A stretch of 64,000 nt of DNA from Sedimentisphaerales bacterium (GTDB taxonomy: Bacteria; Planctomycetota; Phycisphaerae; Sedimentisphaerales; SM23-30), in the NCBI GenBank assembly GCA_963666285.1, contig OY762711.1. One strand, 5' to 3'. The translations under genes were made by a program, and so were the position numbers. The notes below the pieces were generated by a model. That model saw only the letters and a list, made by a program, of their open reading frames with translations. It was not told the DNA's origin and did no database searches. Position 1 is the stretch's first letter; each line of letters begins with the position of its first letter. Of the stretch, positions 19,208 to 29,128 are shown in pieces.

Positions 19208-19987
19208 ATGAAACAATGGTACGAAGAATTGTTCGAAAACTTCGCAGGTAATTATGATAACGAGCATTTTACCCAGGGCACTCTGGGGGAATGTGATTTT
19301 ATCGAAAGTGAGATCAACTCGGATAAAAGTGTCCGGATACTGGATATCGGCTGCGGGACAGGCAGGCACTCGATAGAGCTTGCCAGGCGTGGGTACGATG
19401 TGACAGGTATTGATCTTTCAGAGTGCCAGATATCGAAAGCTCGTGAAAAGGCGAAGTTGGCAGGTGTATCAGTAGAGTTTCTGACGGCGGACGCCCGGGA
19501 GCTGAACTATGCCGGTGAATTTGGACTGGCGATTATGCTTTGTGAGGGTGGTTTCAGCCTGATGGAGACTGACGAGATGAACTATGCTATTTTGCAGGGT
19601 GCGGCCAGTTCGCTTCTGCCCGGTGGTAAGTTTATCTTTACCTGTCTCAACGGATTGTTTCCCCTGTTTCATTCGGTTAAAGAGTTTATGGATAAGTCAG
19701 CTGATGAGGCAAAAAAAGGCTCATCTAATGCCGGTTACAATATGCAGGATTTTGACCTGCTGACCTTTCGTCAGAAACAGAAGGTTAAGTTTTCTGATGA
19801 CAGCGGCATCGAAAAAGAGCTGGACAGCAACGAGCGGTTTTATGTCCCTAGCGAAATTACCTGGCAGCTGAAGAGCCTGGGTATGAGCGAGATAGACATA
19901 TTTGGCTCGAAGCTCGGTGCGTATAGCCGCAATGATAAACTTCGGACCGATGATTATGAGATGCTGATTGTTTGTAAAAAACAATAA
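19208..19987 (+). CDS. Class I SAM-dependent methyltransferase
   Basis: Motif I ILDIGCGTGRH; VTGIDLS; ADAREL; LLPGGKF. Confidence 0.9.
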   Translation: MKQWYEELFENFAGNYDNEHFTQGTLGECDFIESEINSDKSVRILDIGCGTGRHSIELARRGYDVTGIDLSECQISKAREKAKLAGVSVEFLTADARELNYAGEFGLAIMLCEGGFSLMETDEMNYAILQGAASSLLPGGKFIFTCLNGLFPLFHSVKEFMDKSADEAKKGSSNAGYNMQDFDLLTFRQKQKVKFSDDSGIEKELDSNERFYVPSEITWQLKSLGMSEIDIFGSKLGAYSRNDKLRTDDYEMLIVCKKQ

Positions 19988-20031
19988 GCTGATATTTGAC
20001 TTGTTCGCTTTTCAGTGAACTTTACAAAACT

Positions 20032-20073
20032 AAAAAGACCGGGTTAGAGATTTCTATCCCGGTCTTATTCTTT
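20032..20073. terminator. Bidirectional terminator
   Basis: Stem AAGACCGGG / CCCGGTCTT between convergent genes. Confidence 0.7.
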
Positions 20074-20532
20074 TTACAGAAATTCTTTTCTATTTTTCTT
20101 TATATATTCAATTATAAGTTCAGTTAAATCGTCTTCATAATCATAAAACTTATTATCAAGCTGTTCCCACGAATCGCTTGTTTTGTCTTCTATAGAGTCC
20201 ATGATTTCTTGGCGTTTATTTCTGTCTTCAGGGATAATTCCATCAGGAAATATAGCCATTGCTGATTTCAGCAGATCGGCTGTTTTATCAGCTCCAATAG
20301 CACGCAGCCCATCTAATGTTATCTGGGTGCGATCGCCAGAGGAATTCCAGAAAAACTGGTCAAATCCTCCATTGTTAAGTTCTTGATCAAAGATAAAAAC
20401 ACAAGCAATGTAGGTTTCTTTTTGTGTTAATTTCTGGCCGGAATCTTGCCTGGTTTCAAGGATATGGTCAGAAATCATTATGGCTGCATCATCTTTATCA
20501 TCTAATTTTATTGCTTCATCTATCACACTCAT
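20074..20532 (-). CDS. DMP19 / DUF4375 family protein
   Basis: ELNNGGFDQFFWNSSG...LRAIGA...LDNKFY signature; acidic protein. Confidence 0.8.
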   Translation of the reverse strand: MSVIDEAIKLDDKDDAAIMISDHILETRQDSGQKLTQKETYIACVFIFDQELNNGGFDQFFWNSSGDRTQITLDGLRAIGADKTADLLKSAMAIFPDGIIPEDRNKRQEIMDSIEDKTSDSWEQLDNKFYDYEDDLTELIIEYIKKNRKEFL

Positions 20533-20562
20533 GAATCACCTCGTTTTTGTATAAAGTTACTG

Positions 20563-21954
20563 TTATAATTTCGCAAAATCTGAACCGGTTGGGTTTTGGA
20601 ATACGCGCAGTTCGAATTCGGGGATGACGGCGAGGATATGGTCGAAGATATCGGCCTGGATGCCTTCGTAGTTGGTCCAGCGTTTATCGCGGCAGAAGAT
20701 ATATATTTCTATCGGCAGCCCCGTTTCAGTAGGCTGGAGATGTCGCACCAGGAAGGTCAGATCGGTATTGATCATAGGGTGGTTATGCAGGTACCCTTCA
20801 AGGTAAGCCCGGAACGTACCGAGGTTGGTCATGCGTCTGCCGTTGACCATCTCGCTGCTGTCGATATTATTCTTTTCATTATAATCTCGCAATTCGTTCT
20901 GCTTATCTTCGATATACTTTGTGATATTATGAAATCGTTTAAATTTTTCGATCATCCCATCGTCACAGAATTTTACGCTGGACATATCTATATTAATCGA
21001 GCGTTTGATACGTCGTCCGGCTGATTCGCTCATGCCACGCCAGTTTTTGAACGAGTCGGTTACCATCGAATAAGTTGGTATCGTAGTTATGGTCTTGTCA
21101 AAGTTCTGAACCTTTAGAGTAGTAAGTGAAATATCGATGACATCGCCGTCTGCTCCGTATCTGGGCATCTCTATCCAATCGCCGACCCGGATCATCTTAT
21201 TAGTCGAAAGCTGTATGCCGGCGACGAGTCCGAGAATGGAATCCTTGAATATCAAAAGCAGGATAGCGGTCATAGCACCGAGGCCGGTTAGGAAATAACC
21301 CGGTTTTTTGCCCATAATGACCGACAGGGTAAAGATAATTGCGATAGCCCAGAGGATAATCTTGGCAACCTGGATGAATCCCTTTATCGGCATATTTTGT
21401 GATACATCCAGTTTGTTGTATAGGGTGTTGGCACTGTTTAGAAAAGCCGAAGCAGCAAAAAGTATGGCAAAGATCAGGTAGATAAGCGAAATACTGGAGA
21501 CAAAAAGGGTCAGCTGTGCCAGTATTTCTGATGCTTGTACCGGGGCCGATGAAAAGATTTCACCAACCGGGGTATTGGCAATATCGTTAGCCACTTTATC
21601 AGCCAGATCGGTAAGCCCACCGCTTTTTGATAGTTCCTTGGCGGCCTCGGCTGTCGCAGTGCTATCAGTCGGCTGGCTGTACAACAGGTCGGTCCATGAG
21701 GTGATTTTTACGGATACCCGCTGGGCAAAAACCTCGGTAAATTTATAGAGTGCCAGTGCAGGTACCGCATGAGCCAGCCTGATAAATACCTTGTTCTCGG
21801 CAAGAATATCGTCCCAATCGAACCGTGTTTTTTTGATTATCTTATGTACTATGGGTACTAGTAGTCGCCGGGCTATCAGCCACGTCACAAACCAGACAGC
21901 AAATGCGACCGCGATAAATATGCCTATATTGGTAATTTCAGTTTTGAAATCCAT
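20563..21954 (-). CDS. MscS-family mechanosensitive channel (YbdG-like)
   Basis: GLGAMTAILLLIFKDSILGLVAGIQLS, GDWIEMP, KVQNFDKTITTIPTY, FKNWRGM..GRRIKRS, QADIFDH. Confidence 0.9.
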   Translation of the reverse strand: MDFKTEITNIGIFIAVAFAVWFVTWLIARRLLVPIVHKIIKKTRFDWDDILAENKVFIRLAHAVPALALYKFTEVFAQRVSVKITSWTDLLYSQPTDSTATAEAAKELSKSGGLTDLADKVANDIANTPVGEIFSSAPVQASEILAQLTLFVSSISLIYLIFAILFAASAFLNSANTLYNKLDVSQNMPIKGFIQVAKIILWAIAIIFTLSVIMGKKPGYFLTGLGAMTAILLLIFKDSILGLVAGIQLSTNKMIRVGDWIEMPRYGADGDVIDISLTTLKVQNFDKTITTIPTYSMVTDSFKNWRGMSESAGRRIKRSINIDMSSVKFCDDGMIEKFKRFHNITKYIEDKQNELRDYNEKNNIDSSEMVNGRRMTNLGTFRAYLEGYLHNHPMINTDLTFLVRHLQPTETGLPIEIYIFCRDKRWTNYEGIQADIFDHILAVIPEFELRVFQNPTGSDFAKL

Positions 21955-22243
21955 TGAATAGCTCCGTCATTAAAGGTATTGGATATCAGGTTTTAGGAAA
22001 GATAACGGCCTCGCGTAACAGTTATAATGAGTTTCGCAGGCATTACCTTAAACCGTGATTTTTGCCACAAACTAGTTATTATATAATCCAGAACTATAAG
22101 TATATGGAAATAATGAGCGATTGCAAGCAGGGGCAATAGAACGATGGAGTTTGAATGATCCGGCATGTGTAGAAATGGCAAGTGTATTGTGTAAAATGTT
22201 GTTGTTAAATTAGTTACGGTTTTTCAGGGTTGATTTTGAGTTT

Positions 22244-22270
22244 TTGAACCTGAATTATGAGTTGGCGTAT
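22244..22270 (+). promoter_or_regulatory. Candidate ECF sigma promoter upstream of htpX
   Basis: TTGAAC-N16-CGTAT, matching the AAC-N16-CGT pattern typical of ECF promoters. Confidence 0.45.
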
Positions 22271-22383
22271 ATAATATGTATGGAGAATAATATAAATAGC
22301 CGATAATTATTAGTGGCTATATTGGAAAACTTTAGTTAAATAACTGTTAAGTATAGATTTAGATAGGATATGAGGTGTAGAAT

Positions 22384-23229
22384 ATGAAGTTTTTGAATAA
22401 TGTTAAAACAGCAATGTTGATGGCGGCATTGATGATGTTGTTTGTTTTTATAGGCGGCAGGTTTTTCGGCCAGCATGGCATGATATTCGCGCTGCTGCTG
22501 AGCGGCGGGATGAACTTTTTCGGATATTTCTATAGCGATAAGATAGCTTTGAAAATGATGCGATGTCAGCCCGCGGACGATCCGGATAATGCTAATTATA
22601 ATTCTCAACTTGTTAGTACTGTAGAAGAGCTGGCTGCTCGTGCAGACCTGCCGATGCCCAGGGTTTATGTCTGTCCGCAGGATGCCCCGAACGCATTTGC
22701 GACCGGTCGGGACCCGAACCATGCCGCGGTGGCGGTAACAGCCGGCATAATGAGAATGCTTAACCATGATGAGCTGCGAGGTGTGCTGGCACATGAACTG
22801 ACCCATATCAAAAATCGCGATACGCTGATAAGTACTATTGCCGCGACGATTGCCGGTGTGATATCTTCGATCGGGTATATGCTCTGGTTCCTACCGATCG
22901 GCGGCGATGATGACGACAATCCGCTGGCATCATTAGCCTTGATTATCCTGGCACCGATTGCCGCCGGTTTGATCCAGATGGCGATCAGCCGTCGTCGTGA
23001 ATTTATGGCTGACGCCGGCGGGGCAGAGATTACCGGCAGTCCGCACGGATTGGCCAGCGCCTTGCAGAAACTGGAATCGGCCAGCAGACGCATCCCGATG
23101 AAAGTGTCGAACAGTCATGAGAATATGTTTATCGTACAGCCGTTTAACGGCGAAGCAGCAATGAATCTGTTCCGGACACACCCCACTACAGAAGACAGGG
23201 TGAAAGCGCTAATGGCATTAGGGTATTAA
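22384..23229 (+). CDS. htpX: Zinc metalloprotease HtpX (M48)
   Basis: PNAFATGRDP, VLAHELTH, AISRRREFMAD and FRTHP motifs; N-terminal transmembrane segments. Confidence 0.92.
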   Translation: MKFLNNVKTAMLMAALMMLFVFIGGRFFGQHGMIFALLLSGGMNFFGYFYSDKIALKMMRCQPADDPDNANYNSQLVSTVEELAARADLPMPRVYVCPQDAPNAFATGRDPNHAAVAVTAGIMRMLNHDELRGVLAHELTHIKNRDTLISTIAATIAGVISSIGYMLWFLPIGGDDDDNPLASLALIILAPIAAGLIQMAISRRREFMADAGGAEITGSPHGLASALQKLESASRRIPMKVSNSHENMFIVQPFNGEAAMNLFRTHPTTEDRVKALMALGY

Positions 23230-23262
23230 TGTAAGCGAAGAACAAAAAACTGATTTATTATG

Positions 23263-23295
23263 AGTAGGCCCGTTAACAGCGGGCTTATTTTTTTT
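23263..23295 (+). terminator. Intrinsic terminator after htpX
   Basis: Stem TAGGCCCG / CGGGCTTA followed by a T run. Confidence 0.75.
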
Positions 23296-23424
23296 ATGAG
23301 CTGATATCGGGATTATAGTATAATATAGGACAACGGTTTTTTGGTTACACTGGGATGCAGGGAAAGTTTTAAAAGATTTTTCCGATAAATTTGGTTACTA
23401 TATTTTAGAAGAAGGATATCTGGT

Positions 23425-24459
23425 ATGAGTGATGAAAAAGCAAAGCAAGGAGATTTTGACGGTTCTGAAACAATAGCTGTTGATGGTTGTATTATAAAAG
23501 CATGTATTTTTATGGTGCTGTTCTTGTCATTACCGTTGATACTAGCAGGAGGAAGCAGTCCAAATGGTATTTATTTTGGTTCTTCTCCGTACAATAATTT
23601 GAAAAGAGTGTATGAAAGTCTCCAGATATATGCCCGGGAAAATAAAGGAGAATATCCTGTGGATAACTGGTTTGTTACACTTTGTCCAAGCGGTGATTTT
23701 GAAGAGTATAATTTATCAAAGTATAATGGTGTAGTTTTAAATCTACATGCGTTAGAGTTAGGGGAAGATTCGCCTGATGATATGGTGTTGGGTTTTGGCA
23801 GCAGAGATGAAGACTGGGGTAAGGCTGGAGTGTATGATTCGAATAAGTTTGGTGAAAGAAGATACTATATGCATTGTCTTTTTTCTGATGGTATAATACG
23901 TAGAGTTAGTAATTCCCATATAAGATATTTACGGTGGACCAAGGATGGTTTTGATCGCCCGAAATTGGATACTGCCGGCCTTTATACTGTTTTTGGTGAA
24001 ATTGGTTTAGTTACACTAGCGACAGTGGTATTATGCTTCAGGTATTTCCTGAAGAGCTTTCATGTAGTTGTCCTGGTTGTGGCGTTGGCATATATTCCAA
24101 GCTTTTTATTCGGCTCACATGGAGCAAGGTTGTATTTGCCGTTGCTGGATTATACCTATCATGATTCCTTTAGATGTATTTATTGGTTGGGGCCTGTAGC
24201 TGCGGTAGGGTATGTGCCGCTTATGAAATGGTTAAGAGCGAGGTATCGGTATTTCAATGATACATCCCCTGTGGTTTTTTGTGGAATTATTACCGGTCTG
24301 ATATGTGCTGTTTTAACTCATGTTATTTTGCGATATTTGTATATGGAGGAATCGATTAATCCTATGCTCGGCGGCATACCGTTTGGTTTATGGTCCGGTG
24401 CTGTTCTCGGTTGGATAACCAGCGTTTTGATGGGCAAAAATACAAAAGATCAAACCTGA
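23425..24459 (+). CDS. Hypothetical membrane protein with a DUF1559/pilin-like soluble domain and several C-terminal TM helices
   Basis: NNLKRVYESLQIYARENKGEYP and CLFSDG resemble planctomycete DUF1559 / H-X9-DG motifs; hydrophobic C-terminal half. Confidence 0.55.
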   Translation: MSDEKAKQGDFDGSETIAVDGCIIKACIFMVLFLSLPLILAGGSSPNGIYFGSSPYNNLKRVYESLQIYARENKGEYPVDNWFVTLCPSGDFEEYNLSKYNGVVLNLHALELGEDSPDDMVLGFGSRDEDWGKAGVYDSNKFGERRYYMHCLFSDGIIRRVSNSHIRYLRWTKDGFDRPKLDTAGLYTVFGEIGLVTLATVVLCFRYFLKSFHVVVLVVALAYIPSFLFGSHGARLYLPLLDYTYHDSFRCIYWLGPVAAVGYVPLMKWLRARYRYFNDTSPVVFCGIITGLICAVLTHVILRYLYMEESINPMLGGIPFGLWSGAVLGWITSVLMGKNTKDQT

Positions 24460-24487
24460 CTTAAGGCAGAGTTTTTGAGGTGAAATA

Positions 24488-24656
24488 TTAAGGCGCCCTC
24501 TGGAAATTCATTTTGAGCGACTAGTTTTTCTTTTGCCTGCTGACATGCGTCACATAAAACAGTGAATATAGCCCAATATGCACGATTTTATGTTCCTTGA
24601 CAGTAACCAAAATCTTAAACCATTGCATCAAAAGCAATTTCCAGAGGTCTCCTTAA
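24488..24656. mobile_element. 161-bp MITE with IS5-family-like ends and TTAA target-site duplication
   Basis: TTAA-GGCGCCCTCTGGAAATT (24492-24508) ... AATTTCCAGAGGTCTCC (24636-24652)-TTAA; inverted repeats match at 15/17; no transposase ORF. Confidence 0.7.
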
Positions 24657-26620
24657 TTTAGAGTTGTTTCGCGTGCGACCCGTTTCGGGATGGAAATTGT
24701 AAAGGTAGTGCCCTGGTTGACAGTTGAGGTCAGTTCGATGTTGCCCTTGTGTTTGTTGACGATGATATCGTATGCGATGGTCAGTCCCTGGCCGGTGCCC
24801 TGTCCGACATCCTTGGAGGTATAGAACGGGTCGAAGATTCGTTCGATTTTGTCTTGCGGTATGCCGCATCCGGTATCAGAAATTTCGATAATAGCATTGT
24901 CACCTGAGTTGTAAGTTCTTATTGTTATCAAACCCATATTGTCCTGGCTGCCGCTATTACGCTCTTTAATTGCGTGCGCTGCATTGACAATCATATTGAG
25001 AATTACCTGGCAGATAGAGTTCGACACCGCCTCGGCAAAAACTCCTTCAGACTGAAATTCAGTATGCAGTTCTGCGATATGTTTCCATTCATTCTTACTA
25101 AGTTCGATAGCGTTATTGATGATGCGGTTGAGTTCGACCTGCCCTAAATTATCTACGGACGGATGAGAGAAGTCTTTCATTGCAGAAATAATCTTGCTGA
25201 CATGGTTTACCCCTGAGAGTGTATCAGAAATTGCATCAGGTACCATATCGATCATTTTTCTGGCTTTATCAATCGCCTGACCATTTTGTGAAACACTGAT
25301 ATTGGCAGAAGATATGTCTTGTGCCATGTGATCAATTGCATCCTTGATAGAGTTAAAGGCATTAGACAGAAACGTCACATTGTCATTTATATACTGGATA
25401 GGGGTATTGATCTCGTGTGCTATCCCGGCTGCCAGCGATCCAATAGATTCCATCTGGTGGGCATGGGCGAGTCGTCTTTCCATTTCCTTCCGTTCGGTAA
25501 TATCAGTTTGTGATACTATAACGCCGATAACCTTACTGTCCTGATTTTTCACAGGAATAGCGATCATGGCATCAACTTTGCCGTTACGTACTATTTCAGA
25601 AGTGCATTTTTCTCCTTTTGCCAACGCTTCCTTTGCCACGCAATTTTGGCAGGGTTCGTCAAGTTTATACCATTCCTTATAACAAGTGAAACCTGATACT
25701 TTTTCTGTTGTGCAGTTGTCAGGCGGGCGGTTAGCCCAGACAACTTCAAGTTCCGGTGTGAGAAAAGCAATTTGTTCTGAGAGTTTATCAAGTATCTCGT
25801 CCCGTTTCCGGGCATGCTGGAGCATCTGGTCTTTTTCCTTTTGCAAGGTTATGTCCTGGTCAATGCCAAGATATTCAACTGGATATCCATCTTTGTCAAA
25901 CTCAACAGTTTCGCCACATGAATGAACCCATCGCCAGGTACTATCGCCGGCTTTGAGTCTGACCTCACGGTTATAACAGCTGTAAGCCGAACCGTCCAGG
26001 CTTTGTTTCCTGAAAGTTTCCAGCTGTTTGCGGTCGTCCGGGTGGAACAGGTTTTCGTAGAAAGCGATATCTACTATAGTCTTGTCTTTATCATAATTGA
26101 AAATATTGAACCATTGGTCACTTAGCTGAATTTCACCTGAGTGATAGTTTATTCTTACTACACCAACTTTTGCCATTTGTGAGGCAAGCTGCAGCTCGGT
26201 ATTTCTTTTGAAGAGTTCCTTTTTGAGCAGAAACATTTTCAGTACATCAAAAACAACAGAATTTAGCTCTTCGTTGTTCCATGGCTTTGCGATGAAACGG
26301 TCCAGTCGTCCGGTATTAACGGTTTTTGCGATGACTTCCATATCGTTTATGCCGGAAAGGAGTGCCATTGAGGTCATCGGCAGTTTTTGGCTGAGTATCC
26401 CGATGAGTTCATCACCTTTCATTGCAGGCATGGCATAGTCGGTGATAACCAGTGCGATATCCTGTTTCTTTTCAAGCAGTTCATTAACCAGTTCAATAGC
26501 TTCAGGTCCGCTTTCAGCCATCTCTATATTGCACATACCCCTAAAAGCAGAATAAAGGTTTTCTTCCAGGCTTTGGAGGACGATCATGTCGTCATCTACA
26601 CATATAATAGTTGGTTTCAT
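24653..26620 (-). CDS. Hybrid sensor kinase REC-PAS-PAS-HisKA-HATPase
   Basis: ICVDDD...ITDYAMP...KPW receiver; PAS (HPDDR, WRWV); GIAHEINTP H-box; N-box; DTGCGI; FYTSK; GTGQGL. Confidence 0.9.
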   Translation of the reverse strand: MKPTIICVDDDMIVLQSLEENLYSAFRGMCNIEMAESGPEAIELVNELLEKKQDIALVITDYAMPAMKGDELIGILSQKLPMTSMALLSGINDMEVIAKTVNTGRLDRFIAKPWNNEELNSVVFDVLKMFLLKKELFKRNTELQLASQMAKVGVVRINYHSGEIQLSDQWFNIFNYDKDKTIVDIAFYENLFHPDDRKQLETFRKQSLDGSAYSCYNREVRLKAGDSTWRWVHSCGETVEFDKDGYPVEYLGIDQDITLQKEKDQMLQHARKRDEILDKLSEQIAFLTPELEVVWANRPPDNCTTEKVSGFTCYKEWYKLDEPCQNCVAKEALAKGEKCTSEIVRNGKVDAMIAIPVKNQDSKVIGVIVSQTDITERKEMERRLAHAHQMESIGSLAAGIAHEINTPIQYINDNVTFLSNAFNSIKDAIDHMAQDISSANISVSQNGQAIDKARKMIDMVPDAISDTLSGVNHVSKIISAMKDFSHPSVDNLGQVELNRIINNAIELSKNEWKHIAELHTEFQSEGVFAEAVSNSICQVILNMIVNAAHAIKERNSGSQDNMGLITIRTYNSGDNAIIEISDTGCGIPQDKIERIFDPFYTSKDVGQGTGQGLTIAYDIIVNKHKGNIELTSTVNQGTTFTISIPKRVARETTLN

Positions 26621-26626
26621 GATATA

Positions 26627-27784
26627 TTAATTTGTAATTTCCTGTTCTTTGTCTAATTGCATTGGGCATCTGACTTTTATCGGTTCTTTTATGTGGTTCG
26701 CAAAGTTCTTTAAGCGGTCTAATGACATCCTGTTAAGCTCTATTCCTTCAGCCATCAATAGCAATCCGCTATGAGATATAAGCGGTTCTTCCAAAATCAT
26801 TGAAGGTTCCAGGTCTTTCAATCTCAGGCAGGTTACAAATGTGTCGTTGCTGGAAATAGTATAATCACGAAATGCCATAAGCATCTTTTTGTTGTATATC
26901 CCCTGGTCCTTACAGAGGATGTCATACATGATCTGGTTTAGATTATCTTTGAAGTAGTTTGCGTTCATAAAACCGGCAACTTTTAACATTTGTGCGCCGG
27001 TTGCTATGATAGCAGGTTCCTGGCCGGTATAAAGTTTGTAGTCTCTATGCTGCATGCCGATAATCTTAGCTACACTAGTCAATAGCGGGATACTTTCGAG
27101 AATACTTTGGCCAAGTTCATGATGTCGCCAGTACATTTCTTCCATTCCGATGTTCTGTTTGATTTCTCTGATGGAATTTATTATGACATCCTGTTCGATA
27201 GCAACACAGCCAATATGGCTAAGCAGTGCGGCACTGTGATATTCCTGGTGATCTTCCAGGCTTAGCTTTTCGATAATCTCGGATATAAATTTGTCATATT
27301 GTACGCCGATATTGTAAGCGACCGGGTTAACTTGTGCGATAAGCCCGTGAATAGTCTGAACGATTTCGTATGGAGATTTCTCCAGGATTATGTGCTGTTT
27401 CCGTATAGTCTGTTTTTGTATCAGGTATTTAATAATATAGTGTTTGACTTCTTTGATAGAAACAGGTGCCTGGAAGAATTGTACGTCTAATGAACGGAAT
27501 TGGGCAAGTGAAATTTGTGTCATCTTTTCTACAAAGACAACGATCTTGGCATCGGGCAGGATTTTCGACATCTTGCTTGCAAAGTTTTGATCGTTATTGA
27601 CCAGGCTGTAGTCGGCTAATACAAAGTCAACAGAGCTGTAATCTATATGTCGGCTTTCCAGTGAGTTTGCAATGATTGTATTGCATACTTCCTGGATGGC
27701 AATACTGCACTCCCTGAGGAATCCGGAGGAATTATATAGAAACAATACTGTTGATTTATTCATTTGTATAGCCTTTATATACAA
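26627..27784 (-). CDS. Degenerate receiver plus HD-GYP-like (HD_5) domain protein
   Basis: AALLSHIG, HHELGQSILESIP, IIGMQH, GAQMLKVA; C-terminal MILEEP..SGLLL tail typical of this family. Confidence 0.7.
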   Translation of the reverse strand: MYIKAIQMNKSTVLFLYNSSGFLRECSIAIQEVCNTIIANSLESRHIDYSSVDFVLADYSLVNNDQNFASKMSKILPDAKIVVFVEKMTQISLAQFRSLDVQFFQAPVSIKEVKHYIIKYLIQKQTIRKQHIILEKSPYEIVQTIHGLIAQVNPVAYNIGVQYDKFISEIIEKLSLEDHQEYHSAALLSHIGCVAIEQDVIINSIREIKQNIGMEEMYWRHHELGQSILESIPLLTSVAKIIGMQHRDYKLYTGQEPAIIATGAQMLKVAGFMNANYFKDNLNQIMYDILCKDQGIYNKKMLMAFRDYTISSNDTFVTCLRLKDLEPSMILEEPLISHSGLLLMAEGIELNRMSLDRLKNFANHIKEPIKVRCPMQLDKEQEITN

Positions 27785-27851
27785 GCTGTTTTGTCTTGTC
27801 TTGATCCAATAAATATTGAAAAGGCAGTTGTTACGATAATATAGACAGAAT

Positions 27852-28457
27852 CTATGTAGTTTGAGTCTTCTTGGTTAAAAAAGAGAATAAAAGTTCGCTT
27901 TTAGTGATATCTTCTTCCAAACCATCAAGGAATGCCCTGGTATCTTTGAATGCCGTATCCGTAATTTGAGGAATATGATCAATGTCATTTTCTACAGTGC
28001 CTTCTTCAATGTACTGGTGCAGCGCGTCTGCCTGTCTGGTGCAAATTGCCCTTAGTTTTGATATCTTTTCAAGAACTTCTTTATAGATAAGCCCTTGCCG
28101 AATAGTTGTTACAATATCAACACCGTTACAAGGTTTGCACAGAAATCTGTAAACGTCTCCTTCTTTAATAGCTTTTCTGGCGGTGCCGGTGTCGGGGTTT
28201 CCGGTAAGCATAACTCTAAGTATGCGGGGGTGTTCCTGTCGGAGTTTGAGCAGAAATTCATTTCCGGTCATCATAGGCATTTTTTCGTCTGTAACAATGA
28301 TATCGACCGGATGTTTGCTGACAATGTCGAGGGCCTTTAACGCAGAGTTAGCCGCAATAGTATTGTAATTGTACTGGTGCAGCAGTCTTTCCAGGGAATT
28401 TGTCACCATAGGCTCGTCGTCTACCAATAATATAGTCGCTTCCATCTTAATCTCCAT
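27852..28457 (-). CDS. Response regulator (receiver plus short coiled-coil)
   Basis: ILLVDDE, IIVTDEKMP, MLTG and FLCKP receiver motifs. Confidence 0.88.
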   Translation of the reverse strand: MEIKMEATILLVDDEPMVTNSLERLLHQYNYNTIAANSALKALDIVSKHPVDIIVTDEKMPMMTGNEFLLKLRQEHPRILRVMLTGNPDTGTARKAIKEGDVYRFLCKPCNGVDIVTTIRQGLIYKEVLEKISKLRAICTRQADALHQYIEEGTVENDIDHIPQITDTAFKDTRAFLDGLEEDITKSELLFSFLTKKTQTT

Positions 28458-29128
28458 GCGAACACCGGGTTCGATTAATGTGATTATCTGACCAACAGTA
28501 TAAGCCCTAATACTCAGGTCATATTTTTAGGATATAAGTTTGCATTATTGTATCGAAAGGAATGAGCAGGAACTTGGTTAGGATTTTTTGAGGTGAATAG
28601 TATCATATTTTCTAATTGTTGATGTTGAAATAACTTACCTGATATATAGGCTGTTTTTTTACTTTTAGTGACAAATAAAGAAAAAAAATATTGAATACTT
28701 ATGGGACTTCTATTTGATTATGAGTGTCATTTAATGTTTATTCTTTCATACAGTTTTTAAAATAAGAGATAAGATATTCATGTTTACACTATTGATCTTA
28801 ATATACAATATATTTTAGTTCTAATTCTTTGTAAGGTTTGTGAGGTGTTAAGGCGTAAGTTCTTATTAATGATGGTTTTGTGTAGTACTTTGCTTGCTTG
28901 CTAAATAGTGTGTCAATATGCATTGAATGAATGTCTCAGGTAAAATTATTTAATATGTGAGGTGCTAAAGGTCGATGATATAGCAATGATATTATTGAAA
29001 TCCGGATATAAAATATTGTTTATATTTATTGAATTTTCCGAGTCAGTAATATTGGCAGTGGTATTGTAGTTATTTTTCGTTCTAAAATTGCTATCTAGAG
29101 GCATTCTCTGATCATAAAAGTATTAAAA

